Assembly: GCA_965655095.1 (NCBI GenBank)
Contig: OZ296650.1
Span: 53,196,001 to 53,260,000 of the forward strand
From: Haplodiscus bocki
Lineage: Eukaryota
Length of the DNA: 64,000 nt
Direction of reading: 5' to 3'
Each line of letters opens with the position of its first letter. Positions within the stretch are counted from its first letter, which is position 1. The notes below the pieces were generated by a model that saw nothing but the letters and a program-made list of their open reading frames with translations, had not been told where the DNA came from and did not search any database. Below, piece after piece: positions 51,300-64,000 of the stretch. The translations under genes and the position numbers were made by a program.

Positions 51300-54200
51300 C
51301 TAATTGAATATAGAAAACAAACAGATTTTTTCAAATATACTGGCTTAACTTTTTGATCCTTTCGACGTCAAAGAACTAAAAACCTTGAGGCCAAAATCAA
51401 ACTAGAAAGGGAACTTGATGATATCTTCCAGGCGTATTCAAGAAAATCTCTCCAAGCTCACTAAAGTTGCATTATTGCAACTCATCTGTGTTGCTTTTGA
51501 TCAAATGATTTGCACTTTAAAAAAATCGCACTTGATATGTGAAAATCCGAAAATCCTCCAAAGTTCGATTAGTATTCCAGTTGTGATTCCGCTTCAAACA
51601 ACGGAGTTATTCATCAGCTTTCAAAATGTTTGTGAAGTTCGAACCAAGAGGCGCAGTACACTTGCAACTTTTTCCGTCAATGTCGTGCAGTGAAAACTGA
51701 TTGAGCAAAAAACGTATCACTAGTACAAATAACCAAATATAGACAGCAAACATATGTTCGGAGACCTTGTCCAAACGATTCCCACCGGGAACTTTGGAGA
51801 TTTATGAATTTGAGAATCGACAAAGTAAGATTTTAAATTGGACCGTTTTGCATCTTTAGTCAATCAGCAATCCAATCTATGGGACTCAAGTAGAAACTGT
51901 TCTATCCAAGAAACTTTTGGAATTTGTTTACCGTCAAGTCAGACCTTCAAACAGGAACTCAAATCTGTTGTTTACGAGAAAGGCGAACTGGAAAAATTGG
52001 ATATCTCAATACTGTTTCAAGATTTGGCTCTTCTGGTCAATTAGGACTCCATTTCCAAAATAAAGAGGAACTTGCATTGTATTTGAGAACGATTAGTCTG
52101 CCTCAATTGAGAAGCTATCTATTGTCACCACCTTCAAACAAAAATGAAGCTGGTAGAACCGAAAAAAAATGCGTTCGATTGTCGGGGCGTATTAAGACTA
52201 ACAGCACGTATTGACACTTCATGTCCATCAGAAGCCACCTGAATGGATGAAAGATTTTTATTCCTAAACGAATAATTCACCACAAGTAAAACTAATTTGA
52301 TTGAGATCTTGACAAAAAACTGACGTCACTTTCTTTGGAGAAAAGTGAGTGTAACTATCGGGACGAGTCCAATTTTTTAATTATTCTGGAGTTTGCAGAC
52401 TACTAAGTTTTCAATGCAATAATGGACCAGATCGTTTTTTTAAACCAAAAAGTTCTCAAAACTTTGGGGCATTTCAGATTCGAACTTGCTGGAAAAAAAG
52501 AAACCTGTAGTCTTTAAGAAATTTGAAGTTGAGTCTAGAGATTCATCAGCAAAGGAGTACTTTGGCATTCTCGGGCCATCAAGTTTCCCACGCAAACATC
52601 AAGTTTAAATGAAGGATAAATCGAGTGCTTTACCAAAGATATGAAGCTTAAATTGGAACCTTTCTTCAAAAAAACAAGTCACCAGTTATGAAGAAGCATG
52701 AGTTGGAATGAAGGAAAATTATTAAAAAAATTACCAAGTTTTTAGTTCTTTCGCAATATCACAGTTCCAACGCAACGAGCGAAATCAATGCTTATTAAAA
52801 CAAGATAACAGTTGCAACTAGTGATCAATCACTTGAGATTTTGAAGGAAAGAATTAAACAGTTAGATAAAAAAAAACTGAATTTCCCGAACAATGAAAAC
52901 AATGGCTCGTTTTAGAATGTTTGGATTATCAGATTTCGGTTTCAAGGGAAATTGAAAAAAAAACGACCTTACACTCGAATTTTTGTCCATAATAATTATT
53001 GGTTTGGTTGACCAACTGATGGGAGAAGTCAAACCCGGACTGACGCAAAAGTATGATTTTGAATGTCGAGATTAATCAAATGCAATAATATCCGTCATTT
53101 TTTGGTGAAAATTGGATTTTGACGCAAAGAACTAACTGAATGATTTTCAATCGAATCTTCTTCTTTGAGTGTAGCGTTTTTGACTTAGAGCCTGATTATT
53201 GAAATTAAGTCTGTAGTTACCAAGAAAAATGAACCCGAATGTCGAGATATATCAATATCAACAGCACTTTAATGAAGTTTCAATGATTTGCACGTAGAAT
53301 TCTTCTTTAAAAGAGTAAAGTTATCCAATAAGGTCTCGATGACCGAAAACATACTCTTAGTTATGGAAACACAAGAGGTCCAATAGCAAGACAAAGCCAA
53401 AAAAAGTAGCATATTTTGGTTTTTGTGGTTTCTCAGAATACTGATGCAAGGATAACACTCAATGAGCTGTTAGTCGAATGTTCATCTACAAGAGTAAAGT
53501 TTTCGGTTGGAACTTTGATTACAGATATCAAACCTGTTGTTCCTGAGGTTTTGGATTTTGAAAATTGAGATAAATATAAATCATAAGTTGGTTCTCACGA
53601 CATTCCGACGCTACTGAAAAAACAGATTGATCAAGAGGAAAGGTTTTTTATCAAAAAACTTTTTAAAGGTTCACATTTTTAGTTTTAGGCCATAATGAAA
53701 GTGGTCAAACTTGTGGCAGCTGAAAAAAAAGTTCCGATCATTGAAATAAATGAAACTTGGTGGTACTTTCCGGAAGTTTCAGACTATCAAGTTTGTGGAG
53801 CAAGGCACAAAACCACCAATTTTTCGACGGAGCACTCTTATAAAGTTATGAGGTTTCTGATTGAAAACTCGATGATAGAAATAACCTTTGCATTTCAGGG
53901 GAAATAGTTGCTAGGTAAAGGGAAAACAGTACGAGTTGGCTTTCTGTGGGTTACACAACGACTTGTTTTCACTAAAAACCTTTTCGAAGTATAGAGTTTT
54001 TTGACTGTTGAGAAATTTGCATTTTTTGACCAAGAAACTATGCTACTGAAAAAAACTGATGCTCAAAAACCAAAAAATGACATTTTTCCACACATTTGAT
54101 TTTCTTTTCTTTTATCAAATTGATTTACTTGAACTTCTTTCTTTTTTTCGAAAAATTATTGTTTCCCAATTTTTTGAAAAAATATCGGGAAAAACTTATG

Positions 54201-57200
54201 TTTTGACACGTCGGAAAATGGCTAGTTTCCGAGAAAAACGGAGCCCCACATATCAGAAGAACTCTGAATTTTGTCGCAAAAGCTCGGTTCTTTTTTTTTA
54301 AAAAAATTAGGAATGCCTTGACGAGTATATAAAGAGAAGTGAAAAATGGGGCCGTCAACAGAATTCGAACCCGCTTTCCCTCGTTTCTTAACTGAGCTTC
54401 CGCCCACACGTATGTAATTTTCAAGGTACCAACGCTTGTGCTCTCCATCATGCAATCGCATTCGTCTGTGCGTTATGAGCAGTTCCAGGAAGAGGAAAAC
54501 ATCTCCGACTACTGAACTGATTAATTTCCTTTCGCAAAATTTTTCGATGGAATACAAGAACTTGTCGATCACACTCAAATTACTTGAGGCATTTTAAAGA
54601 AAAAAAACATAACGTATTTGCTGACCCAAGTAAAAGTGACTTAAAGTCTACTCTTTGTGTTTTTCATTGAAGAGTATTCAAAACATTCTCATTTGTACAA
54701 TGAAGCTTTGACCCCAAAAATGTTTCGCAACACCTGTTACCTTTTTTTGTGAAATTGATGTCTTTTGTTTTTTTTTCCGACTTTATTCAGTTTCGTTACA
54801 CCTATGATTACAGCCCTCCGGGGCATTTCTCTAAGTCATCTTGCTAGGAACTGTCCATTAAGAAGACCAAGAGCTTTAGTTGAAGTCTAATCAACACTGA
54901 TTTCAAAACTTAAAAAGAATCCTTCGAGAGCAACGAGCAAGGAAATTCCCTTTTTGACCTGAAAATTTGTTCAGCTTCTAATTCTTGGGTTTCAATGTGT
55001 GCCTCCGTTTCCTGTTTTTCATTTTTACGCGATCGGAAACGACTTTGGCATTTAGAAAACCTGCCTCTTCATTTCCCGGTTATTTTGCAAAAGTTGCAGA
55101 TATCCACCAAAAATGCAAATATCTTTTTTCAATGAAAGTTTCGCAATTCCACCCTTATTATAGGACACCTCAAATCATGACAGAAAGAAGTCACAAGAGG
55201 AATATTAATGAAATGCAAGAATATTTTCGGTGACATTTCGGAAAAACGCTAGTTTTCTAGTGGCCTTTAATATTCACCTCGAATTTCCAAACTTTATAAT
55301 TCTTTATAGCGTGTTTCTTCAAATCAAAAAGTCAACCAAAAATCTTCTCATTCGCACCAGATGAAAAAATTCTCATCAGTACTTCCAATTTCAAACATAC
55401 CACTGTAGAATGTTTTGGACAAAAGTCAGAAGAAACCCAAACTGTCATTTCTGGATTTGCAAATGGAACTCCCCAAAGTTCTTACTTCATTTTGTGTATT
55501 GGTTTCTCTCCAACCCATGACTACTCAATCAGATGCAAACTTCCGCAATCGATTAGATTTCCTCACTTCTAACATTTAATTCACCACGCACACGAGAAAT
55601 GACTCTGAAGTCTCTAACGCCACTTCTTCTGTTTCCTGGCAAACGCTAAACACGACTTTCCTGTTCCTTTGATTTCAATGACAACCCGCAAACCAATTGT
55701 CAACTTCATTCAGTCATACAGCAACGTTTGATCAAAATTCTAATTCACTCCTCCTACCGAGACTCTAAATATTCAGGGCATGATCCCGATCTGTAAAAAT
55801 TGTAGACTTCAATCAAAAATTTATGTAATTCGAATGGTAGAAAAATCAAGAGCTCCTTGATCACAAAAAAATTCACATTTCTACAATCGTCATCAAAAGA
55901 GATAGTTTTTGTTCTTCTCGAGCAAAAATAGCCCCCATTAAGAAGTTGCCCAACAACCAATGGTGGAATTAAATTTTGTTATCTTTCAGGAAGGTTTCAA
56001 TAGTTTTTCCGACCAATTCATCTTCTCTTGTTTTGATCCAAAAAATTGATATTTTTATTAAGGTCTAGTGCTACCTCTCAGGAAGTTTCAATACTTCCAG
56101 CAAGAATGTGTCAAAAACACGAAACTTTCCTAGCTTCTTTCACGGTAACTTGCTTTATTTCAATGGCATTCAAAGTTTTTCTCATGCTCTGACGTAATCT
56201 AAATTAATGATGAATGTCTTCCCACATATTTAAACAACTTCTTCATTGTACAAAATGAGTTCAAGTTTTCAATCTGGCTTATTGACTTCGCCAAGGTTGC
56301 CGCCAATTGTTCAAAAGAACAGAAGTTAGAAAAAGTGGTGCTGTATAGGAGATTTAATTGAAGTTCTGATTAATCGAGAGAGCTCAGCTTTTTAAAGAGT
56401 CTTGATCTGGAGAATAAAGAGAAACTGTTGGCTAACCATTCACCAATCTTCGGAAAAAAGCAAGTCGAATTGATCCCAATGAAATGGAAAAATGAAATCA
56501 CCCGAATGACAACTCCACTGTCAACCCTTGCAATGTGGTGGTGAGCTTGGTGGATTCGGTGCGCAGTTACTTTAGTCATCAAGTCTTTTCTGCGTAAGGT
56601 TTACTAGACTGTGGGAAAGAAGCGTGGTGGACCTTTTTAAACGGTTTTGAATACTTGTTTCTTCCTATTTGCAACGTCTGGATTTAGAAAAAAAAATTGC
56701 GGTTCAAGATTTTGTGTTCCACTTGACTTTCTCTCCATGCCAAGAAGAAAGTTTTCTCATTTGAAAACTGCCAGTCTTTCCAGATGAAACCCAAGCTTCA
56801 GCATTATAGCCGTTATCTTTACTTTTTTGTGATGAGTGTTTTTCCAAGTTGCACTTGCCAGTGAAAGCCCTAAGAATGACCGCCCTCGCACGTCCTTACA
56901 AGCTAGAGCTATGCAAAAGTGAAAAGTTTAGAGCTTGACTGTTTACGTTGAGACTTTCAGAAGTTAAAAGAGTTTGATTCGCGTATAGAAAAGTTTTTAG
57001 GTATTTCCTTTTCCTGAAAGACAACAAAGTTCCATCTTAGGTGATCTTTTTTAGGACCTCATGATCCGGTGAGTTGGTTTTCAACGGCAAGAAAACTGTT
57101 TTTGCCTGAAAACCGTCTGAATTGTTTTTCATGTGAAATGAATGCTTTTGCAAGCTCTCGCTTTTTAGTTTTTTCTAGTATTGATTGGGTTTTGCATTTC

Positions 57201-60200
57201 CATTTTCACGTGGTAGCACTGCATCTGCTAGTGAGCAAGTCCTCTTAACCACTCAGCTTAATACAGACAAAATGAACATGTGGAGAAATGACCTGCAAGT
57301 TCAAGACTTGTACAAGTTAAGAAAGTTATTTTGTGATTTTTGTTAAACATGATAGCATTTTGTTAAAAGAGAGTCAATACCTCAGTTTGAGGCCTTTTCA
57401 TATTTCGGTGACCTATCTTTTCCGGCTGCAGCAAATGCATCGTTTTCAAAAAAAAACTTCGCTCAAAACTTTCCTTTGCACATCTGCACACGTTGAAAGC
57501 AGTTGCGAAAATCCTGGCGATAAAAATTTGCAAGAAGCTCTAAAACTTCTCTTTGAAAGTTCGAGAAAAGTTTACAGAGTCATATTTTTTTCGTAAAAAC
57601 CTCCCACAAATTGTTTGTGTAGATAAATTGAATGCAGTTTTGACAATATGGCCAAATGTTTCCCGCTCAAAGTTTGAATTTTTTGCTGAAAGTGCGAAAA
57701 AACTAATGAGCTTTTGAATTTCTTCCCAAAAACTTCTCACTTTGAAAGTTTTTTGAATTTTGTTTTTGCTGAAAGTTGAAAAGGACTTTTTTCACAACTG
57801 TAGGTTTCATTCCTCTCAACAGGGTCCTGATCCGCAACCTTCCACTTGAAAATGACTTTTCGGAGAAAAAACTATCAAACTTTCTTTGTCCGAAGACTGA
57901 TTGGCTGAAAATGCCAAAAGGGCAATGATCAAATACGAATCTCAGTTTTCAAACGAATGATTTTTCAAAAATTGGTTTTTCATTCAAAAATGGTTCAACA
58001 GAGAACTTTCTGTTTGAGATTACCACTCAAAAACAAGCTGGCACAAATTAACAATCAAAATTGTCCGTAATTTTGGCTTGGGTTTCATAACAAAGTCTCA
58101 ATCATCAATTTCATCAATGTGGCAAGCTAGCTCATGGAACTTTTGCGACGTTTTGTTTTGTCAGACGCCTGGTAATTGGCAAATCCACAAAATGCTCATG
58201 TTTTTCACATTTATTGACGTTCAATTTCGCGTTCACTTAGGCTACTTGATTCACTCCTCCTGCGAAAATGTCAATTGACAGCTTTTTATGATGTTGGACT
58301 TGTCGCAAGAAGTTGCAATTGTCGGGCAAGCGCAACAATAACGAAGCAAAGTCTCTTCAGACAACCACACTGGAAAATTCAAAAGCAGTTGCAAATCCTG
58401 AAATTTCCTTCAAAGCTCCGTATTTCTCCTCTTGTTTGACAAAACTGTCTGGTTTATGCACAAGCGATGCAACAAAGACACACCAACAAATCTGAGTTTT
58501 TGTTTTTGCTGAAATCAAAAGTTTTTGGGAAGTTTTGTATGGGAAAAATCTATGTGTTTTGAATACTTTGCAAAAACCTAAATTTTTGTCAAATCCGTGA
58601 AACGTTGAGGTTTCATTCGAGTAGAAATGACTCATTTCGTTTAGTTTTTGAGACGATCTCACCCTGAGCCTAACACTGATTATTCGTGAGAGGCCGAAAA
58701 ACCAAAAACATTACTAATAAACTCATCTGGATATTCGAATTCAAATCTCTCCAAAACAAAAAATTTGATTTCTTCCATATAGAAAGTCAACTTATCACTT
58801 GTAGGAGGTTTTTTGAAGTTACAAGTTTCAGAGCAGAACTTCAATGCTGTCAATGTTGCACCCAAAATGTTGAAAACGGCGGAATTAGTTATTTTTCTAC
58901 CGATATTCAAACTGATAATTTTCTACAGAGCTCTTGCTATTTAACATTGATTGAGCAAGTCTAAAAACTGCTGGCTGAAATTAAATTGATTGAAGAGAGC
59001 AAACTAAGAAATCAAACTAAAAAATACGGGCTTTAAGTGCTACTGACAATGCCATAATGGACAACTTTATTTTCAATCAAAAAAATCATAAAAACCAGTT
59101 GTTATATGTTCAATCAACTGATATCACACCCCTGTGAGGGAAAAAATGCAGCGCAACTCCATTTCTTGTGAAAAGTTTTCCTTAACATTTTCTTCGTGCC
59201 TATGACAGCCTTTTTCGGCTTTGCGGTTTTAGCCCTCTTGTTCAGCAGGGTTGTTTTTCAAAGCCAAATACAAAGCCCTTTTCGACTTTGAAATTCCGAC
59301 TTTTTCATGCAAAACGTATGCTTTCGGAAGATTGATTTGTTTTTTGTACTTTCGTCTGTAAAAATGGGGAGTGAATTTTGTACTTGCACGTGGTAGCCCG
59401 GCAAATGCCGCTGAGCACAACATGAGCAGACAAGACTACGCAGAAGTTGAGCATGTGAAATGGACTTTGTGGTGCAACAGTTGTAAATTTCAAGACGCTT
59501 ATTCGGTTTTTTAAAAACTTTCTCGATTTTTTTCCCCGTTATAAAATCAATTTTTGATTTTTGCTAGCCAAGCCCTTATCTTCCGCTGGGGTGTTTCTCG
59601 TAGTCAAGGTTACACTTCGTTTGTCTGAGTTGATCGAAATGTTGTTCTGTAAAATTCATGCTTTTGTAGGATCATTTTCTCAAAGCTTTTGGTAGCCATG
59701 AAGTTTTGAATGTTTACTTGCGCGTGCGGCACGTCATAATCAGCCAGGTGTACCCAAAATTTGATACTCTAAAAGATTGCCTTCTTTGTTCGAGACTGCT
59801 GATAAAGACTTGCAAAAAAAAGGTTTTCAATCGGTTTCTTGAAAACTAACAGAAAGTTGTTGTTCTTGACTAAATATAATTAATTTTGGCTTTTTTCAAC
59901 TCCTCGTTTTGCACAGGGTTGATCTTCAAAGAAAGGAAAGAAGCTTCTTTTGTCTAAATAATTCCAACTTTTTTACGTGAAACACATGCTTTTCCAAGAT
60001 CAATAGGTTTCTGTAAATTTTTCCACTAACGTCGTTGTTCTGGGTTTACTCCTGCATGTGTCAGTAACTGCAACTACCAAAATTAGCACAAAGGCACGTC
60101 AAAATGATTCTTTTTTCCCACCCGTGACATCTTTCTGCGTTTCATTTCTTTAAATCTATTTTTCTCGGCACCTATTGGTTGGATTTATCCTATTTTTGTT

Positions 60201-63050
60201 TAAGCACTAAAAGGGATTCACAATCTATTATATTTCAATTTTTAATCACCGAAAATCGCTTCAGCGCGTTTTTAGCAAAAAAAAAACATATTTCGGAAGT
60301 TTCGGAAGCTTCGAAGTTTCATAAGGTTCAGGTTAATTTTTGAATCATGTCCTTACAGTAAGCTTAGAAATGCTAATGTTTTTGCACTAATCGATGGAAC
60401 ACCATTCAAATGAGCGGCGTGTTGTGATATTTTTTAGTGAGATTTTTATTTCGGCCAGTTTTCGTTTGCAAAAGAGCGGAAGTTTTGTTACTTTTTTCAA
60501 ACAGATATCACATTTTTTTGCCAACTGCCTTTTCCACGTTTAGCATTCAATTTCCACAAACGCATTTGCCGGATCCGTTTGCTTATTCTTAGCTGCATTG
60601 ACAAGTTCGTACTTGACGGGGACTAAGTTTTTTAGCGGACGACAATTTTTCACTGCGAGTTTTAGGCGGAAACAATTGAAAACCCTGAATTAAGTTTGAT
60701 GTTCGTATTTATTTAAAGTTTTTCAAACCCATGTGAGGAGTCAGCTGGTTTTTCAAGGCATCACTAAAGATCTTTTCTAAACTTCTCCAATTTTTTTTCA
60801 CCTTAACACCATGCATTCGCATGATCCTTAATTTCTCGTATTCTTCTTTGTGAAGATGTAGTTGTGAATTTGCACTGGCACATGGTTGCCCTGGGCGCGC
60901 CGGTAAGTCTACCATAGCCAGCCAAGGCTGAGGAAAGTTCGAAGAGAAAAAAATGACATCTTAGATCGAGACTTCCACAAAGCTAAGACGGTTTTGACTT
61001 GTTTCTCAAAAGTTTTTTTGACTGGTAGCCTTTGGACTGTTTTTGTGGCTACAACGTTTTCGACTGAAACCTTTCATTTTTCTAATATGGAGTCAATTGG
61101 TTTGCAAGATATCTCTTCTTTTTTTGCTTCATTTAGTTGTGGGAAAGCGAATTCCCGTTTGCACAGGATGGCTTCGCGATTGCGCACATTTTAACTAACT
61201 AGGTCTAGACAAAATTTGAGGAAGTACAGCTCTGCATTCCAAGCTCAAGACCAGCAAAAATTATGAGCCTTTTATTCTGCTTTTCAGCCCAATATCTAGA
61301 TAGGGATCCGACCCAACCAATTGAGCTTAGACGGTGATTTTTGTCCTTGTCGGTCAATTATTGACAACCCTTTGGAAAGTTTACAGTACTTTCGACAGTC
61401 AGATTCTGGAGCACATCTTCGAAATTTCTCTGGAGCACGGTGCGTCGTATTCGGAATATAACAGCAGCCCAGTCTCTGTCTTCATTAGCTAGTTTGGAAC
61501 AATGGGCCAAATTCTGGTCTATTTGGACTAAATATTGCCATGAGTTAACTAAGAAACCTCAAAACACCCATTTTCTGGCTCTACCCTCGCAAAGCAAGTT
61601 TTTTCGGGATCCCAAAAAACAACCATAGCCGCAACGGTCCATCTGAGCGTAACATCCTTGGCAGCAAAATTGGCAAGTTTTGGTCGACGTTTTAGCAATT
61701 CCAAAAATAAACTAATGGATGAGACTGGCGAATTGAAAGGCTCCTGAAGGCATCAACAGTCGCAAAATTACAATACCACCAGTTTTTTTACCATATTAAC
61801 CAGCAGCAGGAAACCGGGCTCAAAAATGGCTGAGCAAACACTTGCTTGCCGAAAAAATTAGTTGCCGATACCCCCATTTTGAGGCCAATGAAATCCAAAA
61901 CCGACATTAACCCGAGCAAAGTTCAGACATTGGATACCCAATAAATTCCATTGTTCTTCCACCAGGTACTGGTAGAACAAGTTGGAATAGGACTGAAGCA
62001 GCGGAACAGCGTCCATTAGTGCCGATTTCAGAATTTTTTGAACAACGTCAACCAATTTTCATTTTTGGAGCCTTGGAAAAGCACAATTATTCGGATCCTC
62101 TCTAAAAATTATCAATCCATGTTGCACTGACCTGACACAAGAGCTTGTGTTGTGTTGACGAGCTTATAGTTGATAAAAGTCACTTCCGATTTTCGAAACT
62201 TCGAGATGTGAGGCGTTTCATTGTCTGTTGATTGAGATCCGAATCTTACAGGAGCCAAATCACTTGCTGCTGCCGTAATTACCTCAATTTTTTCCGGGTC
62301 TCTCATAACCAGGAGACACACTAATCCAGTGTATGTGAAATCAGACTATTATTGACTACTTTCAAAAACTCCGAAATCGACACAAGATCAGCGCGTGTTT
62401 TTCGATCAGAAAACTCTCATTTGCAAGAACGTGACCTTCGTGGCACCAACTTCATCTGAAGTGTGTTGTACCAAGAAGCCAAACCCAACATGTTACCCAA
62501 TTTGACCGTTGCCAATGGAAAAAGAGTCCGATGACATACTTTTCGTAGTCTGGAAATCATACTCACGGGGATGAAAAAAACGAGTAGTGTTGCAACTGCT
62601 ATCATTTCATTCTCAGACAACTCTTGTTTCGAAAAAAAAATGAGATGCTGAAGCACCCAATTGCCAAGAACTTGGTCATCGCGGATCTAGGTCAGGAAGA
62701 AATAACAACAAGTATCAGAAAATTTATAAAATCTTACCTACTACTGACAATAAAAAAATTCCTCAGTCAGAGTTGAAATCCAAAGAAATGAAAAATGTGA
62801 CTCTCAGAGCTCGGAAAAAAGTGCAAAAGGCACATACTTTTGAACTTCTTCCAATCACCCGTGGAACGCAAGGTGAACGGTTCCTTGTCAAAGTAGCTGA
62901 TTCTGTCAGCAAATTTCTATCATTTGGAATTGCTTCCTGTTTTGTGATGAAAAAAATCCAATAGTAGAGGCGAACATCATCACTACAGCCAGTGGAAGTT
63001 TTTAAGCCACGCAAAAGGACATTGTTCAACTTTGCCATATGTACGCTGAT
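51300..63050. other. Second decayed, strand-switching coding-like block of unknown identity
   Basis: Same texture as 22.5-38.5 kb (plus-biased ~51.3-54.1 kb, mostly minus-biased after). No recognisable retroelement domains apart from the 120-bp patch. Confidence 0.3.
56509..56630 (+). repeat. Dispersed direct copy of 42856-42975
   Basis: Core 56545-56618 matches 42892-42965 at 70/74 nt. Confidence 0.9.
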
Positions 63051-63149
63051 CAACCATCCTTTTCACTCTTAAAAATATTCTTGCCCAGAAAACGAGTATT
63101 TGGTTAGGTTAAACTTTCTGTTGCAGATATTTGATTCGAAAGGAAAAGA

Positions 63150-64000
63150 GTCACTGAGCGTACTTTGTGTAAACCCATCCCAGGACCAGATCTGTTGCCG
63201 GCAGAAGATGCTTAGAGACATTGAGTCAAGCAAAGAGTCATAAAATAGCAGCAAGCTTTTGCGACAGTTTTCATGAAGAAGAAAGCTGACTTGGGAAAAT
63301 ACTTACACGTGCGCCATAAAATAGAGCCAAATAAAAGGGTAAATCCCCTCCTGAACAAAGAAGGATGACAGCAACAGGAAAAGTGAAACCGATGCAAGTA
63401 TCGGATTATCTCGGAAAAGCAGATTTCAAGTGCAAGTCAGTGAAAAACGATTTGATTGAAGCAAAAGCCCAATACTTACGAAAAACCATTGCGGGTGCTG
63501 GAATGGTATCAGACCCGATTTGGTGGAACAAAACCTTTAGACAGGGTCGGAAAAGTCTTTCTGGGCTTGCAAGTTTCCACTGGACAATTATCAAAACCAC
63601 GCTGCTTACGTCGATCCGAGAGTTGTGATTTTAAAAAATGTAGCTTTCGAGTGGACTTCAGAAACTGCACAAGCATACCAACGAATTAATTAGGACCTAA
63701 ATGAAGCTAAAAGATTAGCCAGGGTTCTTTTGTCCCGAATACAGATGACCCCGAAATGGGCCTTTCAGGGAGGTTTCAAAATTACCCCGTCTGCTTTGCC
63801 TTGGGAATAAATCTCTGACCGAGGTGAAGTACGGACACCTAGGCTAAAGATAATAGTGTCAGCTACGATCAAAGAGAAGTACTATCAATCCTTAGCAATA
63901 TGGAAAATCACCTCAAACATTGACAACCAGGCCATTCTCGGCAAAAATATTACTCGATGGAATCAGACATGACAAGACGTTGGATCGTATTTCTAGATCA
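63150..64000 (+). mobile_element. Degenerate Ty3/Gypsy pol (RT-RNase H), runs off the right window edge
   Basis: DLGKYLHVRHKIEP linker (~63290); QYLRKTIAGAGMVSDP...KSLSGLASFH (RT thumb, ORF 63365-63628); LGNKSLTEVKYG ... NIDNQAI ... YSMESDMTRRWIVFLD (RNase H). Confidence 0.8.

Noticed and set aside
60881-60920. Plus-strand HGCPGRAGKSTIA, resembling a P-loop
   Set aside because: Spacing does not fit GxxxxGK[ST], stops flank it closely, and local bias suggests the minus strand was coding.
1-64000. The many 60-150 aa ORFs in the track as real genes
   Set aside because: Most are antisense shadows or fragments of pseudogenised elements, often with non-ATG starts. No spliced host gene could be supported.

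Overview
AT-rich eukaryotic genomic DNA made almost entirely of decayed mobile elements, with one 153-N assembly gap (34405-34557). I recognise no host gene, RNA gene or CRISPR array. The repeat families resemble those I recall from acoel worms such as Symsagittifera, but that is recall and unverified. Contents: (1) four heavily pseudogenised Ty3/Gypsy LTR-retrotransposon bodies (1-2440 minus; ~5000-10600 plus, followed by ~5 kb of unexplained coding-like relic; ~39500-50100 minus, with gag-pro-RT-RH-IN plus an env-like fusion-protein ORF; ~63150-64000 plus) and an isolated gag 5' fragment; (2) a young, internally deleted hAT transposon (44363-46280, perfect 8-bp TSD, intact C-terminal transposase frame) nested in the RNase H of the env-bearing Gypsy; (3) a 331-bp MITE with an 8-bp TSD plus a truncated sibling, and a probable Mutator-like transposase relic; (4) two long blocks (~22.5-38.5 kb and ~51.3-63 kb) of decayed, strand-switching, coding-like DNA that match no retroelement. 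The first of these blocks holds a frameshifted but colinear set of motifs of a herpesvirus UL9-type origin-binding SF2 helicase (24060-24800). The best candidate for a new system is therefore an old endogenised large DNA virus or giant element later split by nested Gypsy and hAT insertions. All protein assignments come from manual translation across frameshifts and need HMM confirmation.
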